From Phaeosaccion multiseriatum (Eukaryota > Protista > Ochrophyta, other classes), in NCBI GenBank assembly GCA_965112735.1, contig OZ218957.1, positions 2,604,001 through 2,668,000 of the forward strand: 64,000 nucleotides of DNA. Direction: 5' to 3'. A model generated the notes under the pieces. The model searched no databases. It had not been told where the DNA came from and saw only the letters and a program-made list of their open reading frames with translations. A program made the translations under genes and the position numbers. This document shows, piece after piece, positions 1 to 13,739 of this stretch; position 1 is the first letter of the stretch; the number at the start of each line of letters is the position of its first letter.

Positions 1-457
1 TGGGCCCCTCCTTCGGCGGCTCCATCGGACTGGCGTTCTACTGCGCCAATAGGTAAGGGTACGTGTTGGTGACTTACGGGAATCACCACATCACACTTGT
101 ATTTTGGTGACTTACGAGAATCACCACATCGTACATGTATTTTGGCGACTCACGGGAATCACCCCCAAGAATTATATAATTGTGTGTGTGTGTGTGAGGT
201 CCAGGGTCTTTTCATTCCCTTCCTTATTGACGTAACTGCTCATTGACTTTCTCCTTTGATCCCCTTTCCTTGACTTGTGGCACTGGCCCAGGCCCATGCA
301 CCTCTCAGCACAGACGTCCTCGTCCTGCGTAGTGCCGGCTGTCATTTGACGTGCTCCGTTGCCCCTCTCCCTCTCATTGACTTATGCGTGCCAACCAAAA
401 AGCATATCCGTGGCGCTGTACCTCATCGGATTCGCGGAGGCCGTGGGCATCATGCAG

Positions 458-497
<40 letters not shown>

Positions 498-1044
498 AGA
501 GTGTTAGAGAGTGGGGGTGTGTGACACACACAGAGAGAGAGCGCGTGTGTGCTGAAAACTCCAACTTCAACCCCTGCACTTGTTCAACTTGAGCTGACCT
601 CATCCCATCCCCTCACCCCCTCCTCACCCATTCGTGTGTATACATCTATGCCCATCCATTGCCATCCATCCATGCCCATCCATTGCCATCCATCATACAG
701 GACGGGTCCTACTTGGTCAACCGCACGTGGGATCAAGCCATCTTCGCACTGGGGGCAATGGCGGTGCTCGCTGGGGTGGCCTACGTTGGGGCGGGTGAGA
801 GGGGCCAAGGGGAGGGAGGGAGGGAGGGAGGGAGGGGAGGACAGCAGCAATAGTAGAGGAAGCTTGATGTACGCACGCTCTCTCCCTCGGTCCGTTCCCG
901 CCATCGCCTCTCCCACCCACCCCTCCTCACTGACGTCGAGTACCGTACAGTTACACTGCACCCCTCCCTGCACATGCCCAGCCCAACAACTCATACTCGT
1001 GCAATTGACAATGAACGGCTCCATCCCGACCCCCCCCCCTACAC

Positions 1045-1108
<64 letters not shown>

Positions 1109-1806
1109 TTCGAGATCAAAGCCCAGAAGGTGCTCCTGGTGGTCATGACTGGAGCGCTCGTGTCTTACTTCGCAGGGACTTTTGCAGCAGGGGGGGGCGA
1201 TGTAGAGGAGGACGGCATCACGGGATTGAAGGGGGGGACGTTTCGGAGCAATTTCGGGCCCGATTTCAGCTCTGGGGAGAGCTTTGTGACTGTTTTCGGG
1301 GTGTTTTTCCCGGCGGTGACGGGTATTATGGCGGGGGCCAACATCTCTGGCGATCTCAAGGACCCGCAGGTGAGGGGTGTTGGAGGGAGAGAGGGAGGGG
1401 GTTGGGTGGAGGGAGGGAGGGAGGAGGGAGAGGGGGGACACTCACGCTCTGCACTGACACCCCTGTCCTGATACCCACTACCATCCACTGCCATCCACTG
1501 CCATCCACTGCCATCAACCCCCCAACATCCCACCCACCCTCCTAACAGAAAGCGATCCCCAACGGTACTTTCATGGCCATCGCTCTCTCCACCATCGTGT
1601 ACGTGGGTATGGCGTGCACGCTGGGCAGCTCCGTGCAGAGAGACACTCTCAAGGCCTTTGAAGACGCCATTGTTAGTGCAGACATCTCCGCCTTCTCGCC
1701 CCTCGTCTTTGCGGGCATCTTTGCGGCCACGCTCAGCAGGTACATGGGCGGCTGCGTGTGTGGGTGTGGGTGGGTGTGTGTGTATGTGTGTGTGTGTGTG
1801 GCTCTG

Positions 1807-1849
<43 letters not shown>

Positions 1850-1930
1850 GTGTGTGTATGTGTATGTGTATGTGTGTGTATGTGTATGTGTGTGTGTGTG
1901 TGTGTGTGTATGTGTGTGTGTGTATGTGTA

Positions 1931-1963
<33 letters not shown>

Positions 1964-1996
1964 GTGTGTATGTGTGTGTATGTGTGTGTATGTGTA

Positions 1997-2027
<31 letters not shown>

Positions 2028-5000
2028 GTGTGTATGTGTGTGTGTATGTGTATGTGTGTGTGTGTTTGCGTGTGTGTGGGTGGCACTTCCTCTCGTCCCC
2101 CTCCTTCTTCCCGTGCTGCAGCTAGAAGGTGGCCAACTCTCAAGAGAACAACAACCCTCCTTCCCCTTGAGACTGATTGCGCCTCCCCACCCCCTCCCGC
2201 CCGCAGTGCTCTGGCACAGATCATCGGTGCCCCTCGCATCTTGATGGCCCTAGCCAGGGACGACATCTTCCCTTTCCTCAAGCCCTTCAAGAAGGGGCTC
2301 GGCAGCAAGGACGAGCCCATCAACGGATACCTCCTCACCTTTGTAAGTCATTAAGAACCATGTGGTAGTACCTACTACAGGGGTTTAAGCGTTTCAAGTC
2401 AGTCATTCAGGAGTGGACTACTGTACCCAAGCCCCTCGCGCCCATACTCCACCCTGACACCACCCACCTTCTGTCCTGACACCACCCACCTTCTGTCCTG
2501 ACACCACCCACCTTCTGTCCTGACACCACCCACCTTCTGTCCTGACACCACCCACCTTCTGTCCTGACACCACCCACCTTCTGTCCTGACACCACCCACC
2601 TTTGTCCTGACACCACCCACCTTCTGTCCTGACACCACCCACCTTCTGTCCTGACACCACCCCACCCCGCTATACCCCCTCGCCGGCGACCTGACACCAC
2701 CCATCTACACACACCTAACCTCTGTCCTGACACCCACCCACCCTCTGTCCTGACGCCCACCCACCCATCCACTACCATCCACTGCCATCCACTACCACAC
2801 CCCCCCCCCGCCCAGGCCATCGCCACCGTGGCCATTCTTGCCGGTGACCTCAACACGGTCTCTCCCCTCATCACCAACTTCTTCCTCGTGTCGTATGCCC
2901 TCGTCAATTACGCGTGCTTCGCAAGTTCCATCTCGCGCAGTCCGGGATGGAGACCGAGGTGAGAGAGTACGGTAGTTGGTTGTACGCCAGTTGGTTGTAC
3001 GTCAGTTGGTTGTACCGTCAGTTGGTTGTACACCAAATGGTTGTGTGCCAGTTGGGTGTCCATGCCCGTCCGCTCATCCCCTCCTGTGCCCTGCTCCGTG
3101 CTTAGCTCTGTCCTGTGCGATACCCTATCCCTTCTTGCCTCCTTCTTACCCATATACCCTGCGATGCTCTACTTACTCAGCTACAAGCTCTACAACCCGT
3201 GGGTGGCTTTGTTCAGTGCCATCCTCTGCTTCGCCGTCATGCTCATGACTGAGTACATCACCGCAGGTACAGCAATTGGTGATACAGGAGAGAGAGAGAG
3301 GGAGGGAGGGGAGGGAGGGGAGGGGAAAGGAGAGGGGAAGAGAAGGGAGGGAGAGGGAGTGAGCAAGGTCAAGCTTAGGACTCACTCACTTACCCCCTGT
3401 TCCTGACACCCGCCCCCTTCAGGCATCACAATCGTGCTGTGCGGGCTGCTGTACAAGTACGTGGACTGGAGCAAGCCCGATGTGAACTGGGGCTCTGCGG
3501 GGGAGGCCTATCGCTATGTGCAGGCAGTCAACAGCGTGTGCAAGCTCCAGACGGCAAAGAGCCACGTCAAGAACTACAGACCGCAGGTAGGTTGGGATGG
3601 GGGTGGGGGGGCAGCGGATGGCAGGGGATGGCCAATGAAAGATGCAGTGTCTCACTCACTCACTCACTGACTCACAGTCTCACTCACGCTGTCACCCACT
3701 CACCCACTCACCCAGTGACTCACCCACGCACCTACTCACTCACTCACTCACTCACTCACCCACTCACTTCACTCACTCACCCACTCACTCACCCACGCAC
3801 TCACTCATTCACGCACTCACCCAGTCACTCACCCATGCACCTACTCACTCACTCACTCACTCACCCACCCACTCACTCACTCATTCACTTACTCACTTCA
3901 CTCACTCACTCACTGCCTCACTGACGTAATCAACCTGTCATTAACTTACTGCTTTTCATTGACGTACTGCACCCAGTACCTGGTGCTGGTGAAGGATCCG
4001 CGGCGCAAGGCATCAATGGTGCGCTTCCTCTCGCAGCTCAACGACGGCAGAGGGGCCATGGTGGTGGGCAGGGTCATCATTGGACGGTAAGTCAATGAGG
4101 GACGGGACGGGACGATGGAGGGAATTCCTTCCAATCTGTGATTGACTTCAACCTATAACAGTAATGTGTGGTGGTGCTTACTGCGCTGGCCTGCCCTTCC
4201 CTGCCTCTTAACTCGCTGCTCTCTTCCTCTCTCCCTCTCTCTCTCCCGCTCTGTCTGGTTCTCTCTCGCTCCGTCTCGCTCTCGCTCCATCTCTCTCTCG
4301 CTTGCTTCTCTCATCTCTTCTCCTTCTCCCCTCATCTCTCTTGCTATCGCGCTCGACCGCCCTTCCCCTCCCCCTTCTCCCTCCCTCCCGCCTACCACCG
4401 CCATCCACCCTCATCCGCTGCCGTCCCCTCGCCTCAGCTTCGAAGACCACGTGGCGGCCCACCGCGAGACTCGTGACGACAACTACCTTGTGGAAAACGG
4501 TATTCAAGGTGAGGGGACGGCAGGGGATGGCAGTAGATGGCAATGGATGGCAATGGATGGAAGGGGGTGAAGGGAGGGCAGGATAGAGTGAGGGAGGGAA
4601 GAGGGGGTGCGGTGAAGTTCGTAGTGAGCAGTGTGGTGCCCCTTCTCCTCCACTCCACTCCCCTCCCCTCTACTCGCCTCTTCTCCTCTTCCCCCACCGC
4701 TTTTTTTCCGTCCTGGCATCCTACCGGCCCGAGAATCCCCGTTCTGTAACGCCCTCTTTCTCGGTCCTGACACCCACCCACCCACCCACCCCTCTCTCTC
4801 TGTCCTGACACCCCTTGCTTTGCAGGCTTCATGGATGTGGTGGTTGCCCCGACTCTGCTGCTGGGCTGTGAGGGCTTGTTGCAATTGGGGGGCATGGGGA
4901 GGCTGCGACCCAACACCGTCATGATGGGGTACAAGATGGGGTGGGAGGAGGCCCCGGATGAGGTGAGGGACGGCCGAGGAGAGGAGGGGGGAGGGGAGGG

Positions 5001-7335
5001 GATATGGGGATATGGGTATATGGGTAATGCAATGCAAGCGTAATGCATCGCAACGCAACTCGACGCTGTAACGCAAAAATGGCTCTACTCTTACGCTCTA
5101 CTCTTACACTCTACTCTTACACTCTACTCTTACACTCTACTCTTACGCTCTACTCTTACGCTCTGCTCTTACGCTCTACTCTTACGCTCTACTCTTACGC
5201 TCTACTCTTACGCTCTATACTCTTACGCTCTATACTCTTACGCTCTACTCTTACGGCTCTACTCTTACGCACTACTCTTACGCTCTACTCTTACGCTGTA
5301 CCCTTACGACTCTACCCCTAACCCTCTCACGCTATTCAGGACGTGAAGGAGTACGTGGACATTATCCGAGCGTCCTTCGGTACGGGCTGCGCAGTTGGAG
5401 TCATACGGGGTGTGGACGACCTCGGCCTGCTCAAGATCCCCCCGGGGGGCACTCTGGACGTGTGGTGGCTGGTGGACGATGGGGGGCTCACCATCCTCAT
5501 CCCGCACTTGCTCAGGCAGCACAAGAACTGGGCAGGGTGCAAGTGAGTAGTGGGGGCTTGAAAGAGGGGGTGGGGTGTGGGCTTAGGTGGGTGGAGTGAA
5601 GTGGGGGGTGGGTACGTGGTTTGGGGGTTGGTGATTGCACTCACAAGAGAAAGCAAAGCAACGCAGCGCCCCCCCTCACGCTTCACGCTGTGCTCGTCAG
5701 AGACAAGACGGACAGTGAGAGGCGCTCTTGCCTGCCGGCCTGGTGGTGCCTTCTGCCGGTGCCTTCTGCTGCCTTCTGGGGAAGGAGACATCCCAACACA
5801 TGCTCCTTGCAATCCTTCGCCCCTTGTAATCCTTCCCCTCCTTCGCCATATGTGATGTTGTAGGATTCGCGTGCACACCCTGGCGAAAAGAGGCCATCTT
5901 ACGTCAGAGCAGGTGAGTAGTGCTTTGGGGAGGGAGGGAGGGAGGGAGGGAGGGGGGGTTAGGGGAAGATATAGATAGATACAAACATGGGAACAAATGA
6001 GGGCGGGAGAGAGGAACAGACAACAAATGAGAAGACGGAGACAGGGAAGGAGATCAGGAAGAGAGGCAACGCAAGGAACAGTGACCCAGCGGAGTCCTAC
6101 GGGCTGGCCGCTTACCCATATGCCTCCCTCCCCACTATCCCCTCCTCCCTCCCTCCCTCCCTCCCCCCTCTCTCCCTCTCTCCCTCCCTCCCCTCCCTCC
6201 CTCCCCTCCCTTCCCTTCCTTCCCTCTCTCTCTCTCTCCCTCCCTCCCTCATTCCCTCCCTCCCTCCCTCCCTCCCTCCATTCCCCTGTATGCCCAACAG
6301 GTGCGCATGTCCCGTCTGCTGCGCAAGTTCCGCATCAACGCCGAGCTCGTCATGGTTGACACTGCGGAGAATGGGGACTTCGAACCCTCTGCAGAGGCGA
6401 AGGCCAAGTGAGTGTGTGTGTGTGAGAGAGAAAGAGGGGGAGAGTGCGTGAATGTGCGTGTATGAGGGAGGGAGGGAGAGAGTGTGTGAGTGTGTTAGTG
6501 TGTGTGTGGGAGAGGGAGAGTGTGTGTGGGTGGGCGGGTGCGTGTGCGTGACGTACGTGTGTGTGGAGTCTTTAAACCCTTCGCAGAGGCTAATGCGAAG
6601 TGTGTGTGCGTGTCTGTGTGTATTGTGTATGTGTATGTGTGTGAATGAGTGTGTGGGTGAGTTGTGTGTGTGAGAGAGAATGTGTGTGCGTGTGAGAGAG
6701 AGGGAGATAAGAGTGTGTGTTTCGAACCCTCCCGTGAGGCCCAGGCCATGTGAGTGTGTGTGTAATGTATATTTCCCTCCCTCTCTGCCTCCCTCCGTCC
6801 GTCCCTCCATCCGTCCCTCCATCCGTCCCTCCCTCCCCGTCCTCACCCCCTCCTATTCCCAGGTTCGAGGCTACGTCTGGCGGTTCCCTGAGCGAGAAGG
6901 ACAAGAGCCTGTACTTCCTCCGCCTGAGCGCTCTGTTGCACAAGTACAGCAAAGACTCCTCCATGCTTATCGTCACGTAAGTCACTCACTAGGGCAGGGA
7001 GAGGGAGGAAGGGAAGGGAGGGAGGGAGGAAGGTCAGTGAGTGAGTGAGTCCGTGAGTCAACTCAGTCACCAACATCAACAACGAGGTTTGCTGGACTTT
7101 TCTTTGATTGGTCGGTTACATTTTACATACTGCCATCCCCTAATCGACTGCCATCCCCTCATCCCTCATCCGCTGCCATCCCCTCCCCCCCTCCCCCTCT
7201 CTCAGGCTGCCCGTGCCCCGCTACAGCATCCCCCCGCGGCGCTACATGGCTTACCTGGAGCTTCTTAGCGCCTCCCTCCCGCCCTGCCTGCTGCTCAGGG
7301 GAAACCAAGAGAGCGTCATCACTTACCACAACTAG
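1..7335 (+). CDS. SLC12 cation-chloride cotransporter (NKCC/NCC-like), 5'-partial, about 17 exons in window
   Basis: Approximate exons: 1-52, 403-457, 701-794, 1107-1370, 1549-1739, 2207-2343, 2816-2958, 3181-3266, 3423-3586, 3977-4087, 4438-4508, 4827-4962, 5340-5542, 5864-5912, 6301-6407, 6863-6976, 7206-7335. They encode SLC12 hallmarks [108 protein letters not shown] and [12 protein letters not shown]; stop TAG at 7333-7335. Confidence 0.96.
60..165. repeat. Intronic minisatellite, about 38 bp x about 3
   Basis: Diverged copies of TTGGTGACTTACGGGAATCACCACATC in the first SLC12 intron. Confidence 0.8.
2453..2760. repeat. 22-bp intronic minisatellite (CTGACACCACCCACCTTCTGTC)n
   Basis: About 9 near-perfect units plus degenerate ones in the 3' part of an SLC12 intron. 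Each unit contains CTGAC, a branch-point-like word. Confidence 0.92.
2972..3055. repeat. About 16-bp intronic minisatellite (CAGTTGGTTGTAC core)
   Basis: 4-5 tandem copies; the core resembles the dispersed CAGTTGGTGATAC word. Confidence 0.8.
5083..5315. repeat. 13-bp intronic minisatellite (CTCTACTCTTACG)n
   Basis: About 17 tandem copies. Confidence 0.92.
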
Positions 7336-8336
7336 TTGGAGGCGTATGGGTGCAAATGGATGAGAGGCATATGGGGCTGTTAGGTAGAGGCATATGGGCA
7401 TTCGGGATGAGAGGCACTTCGGCTCTGGGGAAATGACGAGGAGCGTCATCGCTTTCCCCAGCCTACTGGTAGGGCAAGGGTACAGCCATTTGTTCTCATT
7501 TGGAGGCTTACGGGGATTCGATGAGAGGCATTGTCGCACGGACTGTGAGTCGGTTGGAGGCATATGGGGCAGATGGATAGAGGCATGCGGGCACGCCTAC
7601 TCCCTCCCAATAGCCTGTGCCGAGGAGCAAGGAGAGAGGTGAACGGGCAGGGGAGGGGTGTTGCAAGCACGACACCTCAAGGAGGGCTTCACCCCCACCC
7701 CATCACCAGCTAGGCTACATGCCGATTACGGTTACTGACTTACGACGGACACGCTTCTACCCATTTCTCCTGACTGATGGTTCTATCCATCTGTGTAAGT
7801 AGCGACTGAAGCGGGGCAGTGCTGGCAAGCACAGGAGGCGAGTGTTTGTGAGCCTGTCTGTACTGTCTGACTGACTTGTCTCCCTGTGGATCACCACTTG
7901 CTTAGGACAGCGAGTGCTACTATGACTCGCGACCAGAGAAGACCGGGTAGCCGCAAGCAGCAGGAGGAGCAGCAGCGGCGGCCGCAATTGGCGTCTTGCT
8001 GTACTTGAGTAAATCATTCTCTCTCTCTCTCTCTTTTGGTGGTGTGGTCTTACCACACTTTGGTCAGTCCCTCGGGAAGGAACAAAACCGGCACGAGGCG
8101 TAGCTCACAAGACCTCTCAGAATTTCTCTCTCTCTTATACACAATAACTGGAGAGTGCGCAAACTCTGCGCTACAGTACTCGACTTGCCCGCCTTCATCC
8201 ATGTCTCTCCCTAGACCGAGCAAAAGACACACCCGCCATCTCTACAAGGTCGTCGGCAGCCGCCCAAAGAAAGCACAATCTCCGTCCATGCACCACGACC
8301 CCTCCTCTCTTCTCCTGGGTTACGTAATAACTATTG

Positions 8337-9238
8337 TCAGTTTTGGCAGTCGCAGGGGTGTCCATTGGCATGCACCCACTGCTTCATCTCCTCAAAGGCG
8401 GCAGGGACCATATCCCATCGATCACCTTTTTCGTCTTTCCAGTACTGTGGGCATGCCTTGCCGTCCCAGGGGCACATGACCTCCTCCGATCGGAGCCATT
8501 TCAGCATGGGTAGGCTCTTGGCGACATAAACTGCTCTAAGACACACATATGTATCCCATAAGCACAGCTCCCGTGCGTTTGCGTGCAGCCATCGTAGTAC
8601 TTCCAGGTTGCCCTCTAGGACTGCAAAGGAAGACCCATGTCTCCATTCGCTGTATTCATCTGCCGCCTCCATCGCAGCTCTGACCTTGGGGTGCTGCACA
8701 AGCATGTCCAGCACTATAATGCTCCCCGCCACAACAGCAGTCATCCACATCTCGGCGTCAGGAGGCCCCTCAAACTCATCAGACAAGAGCCACTCCAGAA
8801 CCTCCACATTGCCGCACTTGCCAGCTTCCGCACTTGTCCAACACTTTTCCCAAGGGCATTGCTTCTTGTCGGGGAGGTCCTCGGATCGCAACCACTTGAG
8901 GACACGTAGCCCATGCCTAGCATTCCTCACAGCGGCTTTGCAGGCCTCATTATCCCAGGGGCAGTTCAAACGATGAAGTCCCTTGCACACGCTCACATCT
9001 CTGCCGCCGCCTCGAAAGTTCCCACACACAGCTCGTATCCACAATCCATGGCCCACTGCACGCGCTTGACAGACTCCACCACGCTTGGAAGAGAAGTCTC
9101 GAGTGAAGGATACGCCATGCTATACTGCTCTTGCCACTCCTTGCACACGGTGGAGATGAAGACGTGATGGCCTCTCCCCACAAGAGGCATGACCAGGGGC
9201 ATGGCCCTCTGCAGGACCTCCAAAGCCGCATCTGCCAT
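8337..9238 (-). pseudogene. Frameshifted F-box-like/ankyrin-like (CPW-repeat) gene
   Basis: Two overlapping frames (MADAALE...GTFEAAA and DVSVCKGLHRLNCPWD...HPCDCQN*) align colinearly with the intact paralog at 9841-10932. Seven nt (CGGTACG in the paralog) are missing at 9001/9002, giving a premature TGA at 8993-8995. Confidence 0.85.
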
Positions 9239-9840
9239 CCTTCTGCGCGATTCAACACTGCAGCGGCCGCGGAAGCAAGGACCAACAGCAGCAGCACAGA
9301 TGGTGTGCTCTTGTTTCGTTTGTTTTTTTCCTTGTTGGCCTCCTGCTCTACTAGCTAGATTTGAGCGCGCGGGGGGCAGATTCACAGCTGGCTCCGACTA
9401 ACCAACTCCCCTCGCTCTAAAAAAATCCTCACTCTCCCCTTTTATAGGGCCTTTTGTACATCGCATCAGCCTACGCCAGGAGGTACGAGTGTGGCGGAGA
9501 AGAGGAAAGGCTGGAAGAGGTCTTGAAGTAATCCACACCATCCCCTTCAACGGTCGCGTTTATATTATATGTTCTTTTGCCTCCCCCCCTCCTTAACTTC
9601 AACCCTCGTTCCTCTGCCTCGTGCTTCCTCGGCAATCAGCTTCATCTTGCCTGTACTTGTCCTCACTTCACCTCCTTTGAAGGTCTGTCCCCTTCCCTTG
9701 TGTCGACATACCAGGATTTACTGAAGAGAGCACACCCGCCAGAGTTTAGTTTCTTCCCCCCGATCACACCGCATCAAGAGTTCCAAACAGACGCCGCTTG
9801 GCCCTTGCAGAATCGACGACGGAGTGGGACGGTAGAAGAT

Positions 9841-10932
9841 ATGGAAGGCCTGGACCAAAAGCAGGGTGGTAAGCGGCTCCAGCCAGCCAGCTCCCCCAGC
9901 CGACTCCGCAGGATTTTGGCATGGGCCGGCTCAGGATTTTGGCATGGAGGTGGCGGTACCAGTGTGGCAGCTGCTCCCCATTCCGCCGCCCTTGCTGCAA
10001 GCGAGGGAAGCGATGCTGAGACCTTCGAAGCTTGTGAGCAGGTCCTGGCTCAGTCTGTATTGCTCAACACAGTCATGAAGTGGGCTGGGGAGGGTGACGA
10101 CTTCTTCGTAGCGGCGGTGAGCAAGGAGTGGAAGGGACATTACAGGCGTCTCTATCCGGTCAAAAGGACTCGAGTCAGGAGAGTGATAGAGTCCGTGGAG
10201 CGCCTGAGGTGGGCCAGGAAGTACGGCTATGAGCTGAGCGTGCGGACGTTTCGAGCTGCGGCACGGTACGGAGATGTGCGCGTGTGCAAGGCTCTTCACA
10301 GCATGGGCTGTGCCTGGGATGAGAGCGTGTGTAGGGCTGCTTCGTGGAATGAAAGGTTCGGACTGAGCATCCTCCAGTGGCTGCGGACGGAGGAACTACC
10401 CGGCAAGGAGAGGTGCCCGTGGAATGGATGGGTGTGTGAGGCACCAGCTGCGAAGGGGAACCTGGAGATGCTGGAATGGATGCTCACAGACGAGGTGAAT
10501 GCGCCATTTGATCATATGATTTTGATGAGTCCTATTGAGCGGGGGCGTCTTCCTGTGGTGGAGTGGGTGTTGCAACAGCCCAAGGTCAGAGCTCAGATGG
10601 AGGCGGCAGGAGAATACAGCTGGTGGGGGGCCGGGCCTGGATTTGCGGCCGAATCAGGCGATCTTGAAGTGCTGCAATGGTTGCATGCCAACGCACGGGA
10701 GCTATGCAGGTGGAATACAGGTGTGTGTCGTTCCGCAGTTTGGTACGGCAAGAGCCTCTCTGTCTTGAAATGGCTCCGATCGGAGGAGGTCATGTGTCCC
10801 TGGGACAGTGACGCATGCCCGCAAAAATCGAAGGACCTTTTCGGTGATTACTGGGGTATAGACCCTGCCGCTTTTGAGGAGATGAAGCAGTGGGTGCACG
10901 CCAACGGGCACCCCTGCGACTGCCAAGACTGA
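9841..10932 (+). CDS. Intronless F-box-like + ankyrin-like (CPW-repeat) protein
   Basis: Open ORF with FVAAVSKEWK (end of an F-box-like motif) followed by repeats such as AAAKGNLEMLEW, AAESGDLEVLQWLH and LKWLRSEEVMCPWD. The start is taken at the first ATG (9841). Confidence 0.85.
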   Translation: MEGLDQKQGGKRLQPASSPSRLRRILAWAGSGFWHGGGGTSVAAAPHSAALAASEGSDAETFEACEQVLAQSVLLNTVMKWAGEGDDFFVAAVSKEWKGHYRRLYPVKRTRVRRVIESVERLRWARKYGYELSVRTFRAAARYGDVRVCKALHSMGCAWDESVCRAASWNERFGLSILQWLRTEELPGKERCPWNGWVCEAPAAKGNLEMLEWMLTDEVNAPFDHMILMSPIERGRLPVVEWVLQQPKVRAQMEAAGEYSWWGAGPGFAAESGDLEVLQWLHANARELCRWNTGVCRSAVWYGKSLSVLKWLRSEEVMCPWDSDACPQKSKDLFGDYWGIDPAAFEEMKQWVHANGHPCDCQD

Positions 10933-11839
10933 TGGCGCCGTCCCGCGATGCCAGCCACATGTGTGTACAGTAAGTACTACTTCACTCAAGTAGCTTGGAA
11001 GTTACTTGATGAGTCTTGATCGGCATGGGGCGATGGCATCTGAAGGCGTACAGACGGGCGCCTACAATCCACCGCCGAGAGTAGACTTGATGGCCCTCTC
11101 CTCTGCCTCGGCTGTTGCTCAATGGGACCAAGAGGACCCACAGCAACACTGAAGGACCGGCAGAGACAACGAGGGGCTCGCTCCTCCCGTCAGTCAGCTC
11201 CATGAGCACCCAAGGACATGTACATAAGAAATTGTTGCTGATGTATGTACAAGTATGTTTGTAGTTGCTGCGGGTTTGGGGGAGGGGGGGGAAGGAGAAG
11301 AGGGCGGGGATTGTTGCGAAGTACGCGAACGTCCGAACAAGATGAGAAGCGAAAGAGTCTCTCTCGATTGGCCCCTTTCCTCAGAGAGACAAGTCTTGTC
11401 ACGCCAATGAAGGGCACTCCTGAACCCATGAAACCGTGAAACCGTGAAACCGTGAAACCCCCCCGTATAGTGGGCCGCACTGGGTGGTCCCGCACGGGCA
11501 ATCTGGAAGTGTGTACTTGCATTGGCTGTCGGGTTTGAATATACATGAGACTCGTATTCACAAAAAATACCATGCTCTACGATGAACCCTCTCCTGACAG
11601 CACAAAAGACGCACATCGATCGATCGATGGATCGATCGAGAGAGAGACAGAGAGAGAGACAGAGATGCTTGGACTCTCAAACAGAGTCCTGCCTCTGGAG
11701 AGGAGAGAGGCTCCCCCTCCCAACAGGGGGCAATGCAACACCACTTGTTCCTCTTACAAGAAAGGAGGGAGGGGCGGCAAAGAAGCAACCCAACGCCACA
11801 GAGTACTTTCTCCAGTCAGTCAGTCAGTCAGTCAGTCAG

Positions 11840-13691
11840 TCAGTCAGTCGCCCCACAAAGCCAAAGGTAGGTGATGCGTTGGTGATACGGCCTCCCTGAC
11901 GCTGGAACAGCACGGGCAGTCACAGGATAGGAGACATGACACTCGTCTGTCGTCACCCGCTCACGCCCACCCGCCCACCCGCCCACCCACACAACATCCT
12001 CAAACTACGCTCATGGCTCACCATCCATCAGCCCATCTCGACGGCGCTATTGTCCCCCCCCCCCCTCCTCCTCCTCTTCTCTCCCCTCCCTCCCCCGCCA
12101 GCCTGACAAGGAGCTTTGTGGTGGTGGCTGGTACGTCCTTGAGCATCTTCCTTCTCCACCTCGGCTCTAACGGCTGCAGCGCCACGAGATCAGACACCTC
12201 CTCTAGCTTCCTCTTGACCTTGACCATCGGCAGGGGGGGGGTGGCCAGCAGGGGCTTAGCACCAACAGCAGCAGAACTAGCTTCTCGTTCTTCTGCTGCT
12301 GTATCACCAACCGCTCCTCCTCCTCCTGCTGCTGCTCCGGCTGCTGCTTTATCACCAACAGCTGCCGCGTCTCCGCTTGCTGCCGGCTTCTCCTCCCCCT
12401 CTCCCTCCGCCGTCGCTGCTGCTGCTGCCGCAGCTGCTAATGCCGCTGAATCACCAGCTGCTGCAGCTGCTTCCGCTGCCGCAGTCTGAGCAGCCGCCTG
12501 AGGCGTGGCCGAAGACAGAGAAAGGGGGGACAGAGAGAGAGAGTCAGAGAGGAAAGGGGGAGAGAGAGCCGAAGAGAAGACAGGGAGAAACAGAGATAGA
12601 GAGAGGGGGCCGACACATGCACACACACAGAGAGAGAGAGAGAGACAGAGAAAGGAAGAGAGAGGCACACAGATAAAACGAGAAGGAGGGAGAGAGAGCC
12701 ACAGCATACACAGAACACACACACACACAGAGAGAGAGAGGTAGAGAAAGAGAGCCAAAGACTCCACCCCCTTAACCTTAAACCTCAACCTCCTATTGGT
12801 TCAATGCTTGGCCCTTACACCCCCTTCTGTAGGTGACGGTTACGTAACGTACCCGCGCCTCCACCTGCGCCTGAGCGTTGGCCCTGGCCTGAGCAATCTT
12901 TGCCTCCTTCTTCCTCTCTAATGACTCCTTGAGCTCCTTGCGCACCACGAGAGCCTGTGGAAGGGTGAGGGGAGGGGATGGCAGTGGAAGGGTGGGGGGA
13001 GGGGGTGGCGGGGGATAGGGAGAGGAGATGGCAGTGGATGGGGAGGGGAGGGATGGCAGTGGATGGGGAGGGGAAGGGAGGGGGTATGTAGAGAAAGAGG
13101 TGGGGTGAGGGGTAGGCATGAGAGTCTGCAGCCAGCACGAGAGCGCTAAGGCACTCTATGGCAGCATGTGCCACTTTGACTTGCAGATTCAGTTTAGAAG
13201 ACCTTGCTCACAAACAATCAAGAGACAGAGACAGTACCTTCCACACCGCACCCGGACACCCTACTCTCTATGCTATACACTGTACACTCTACACCGCCCA
13301 CACTTCACACTACACACAACACACACCTTCTCTCTACCGCCGAGGGTGGCAAAGACCCACGAAGGGAGCCGCTTGAAGGGGTAGTGCGTGGCTGCGGTGC
13401 CCATGGCTATGCACGTTGGGCGTATAGACAGAAAGACACAGATGGTGATTTGGGGGCAAAGCACAAGCACAGGCGTATGGGTAAGGGCAGGCGGGCAGAG
13501 AGGGAGGAAGGGAGAGAGGAGACATTGTAAGACAACTTAAGACCACGTGGTAGTGGTAGAAGCAGTAGCAGTACTAATAGTAACAGTAGAAGTAATATAG
13601 TGGTAGTAACAGGTAGAAGACGGAGGGGTAGTAGTAGTAGTAGTAGTGGTAGTAGTAGTAGTAGTAATAGTAGTAATAGTAGTAGTAGTAA

Positions 13692-13739
<48 letters not shown>

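Noticed and set aside
12765-12792. Degenerate CCCTAA-like tracts as interstitial telomeric repeats
   Set aside because: Too short and too degenerate to support the call.
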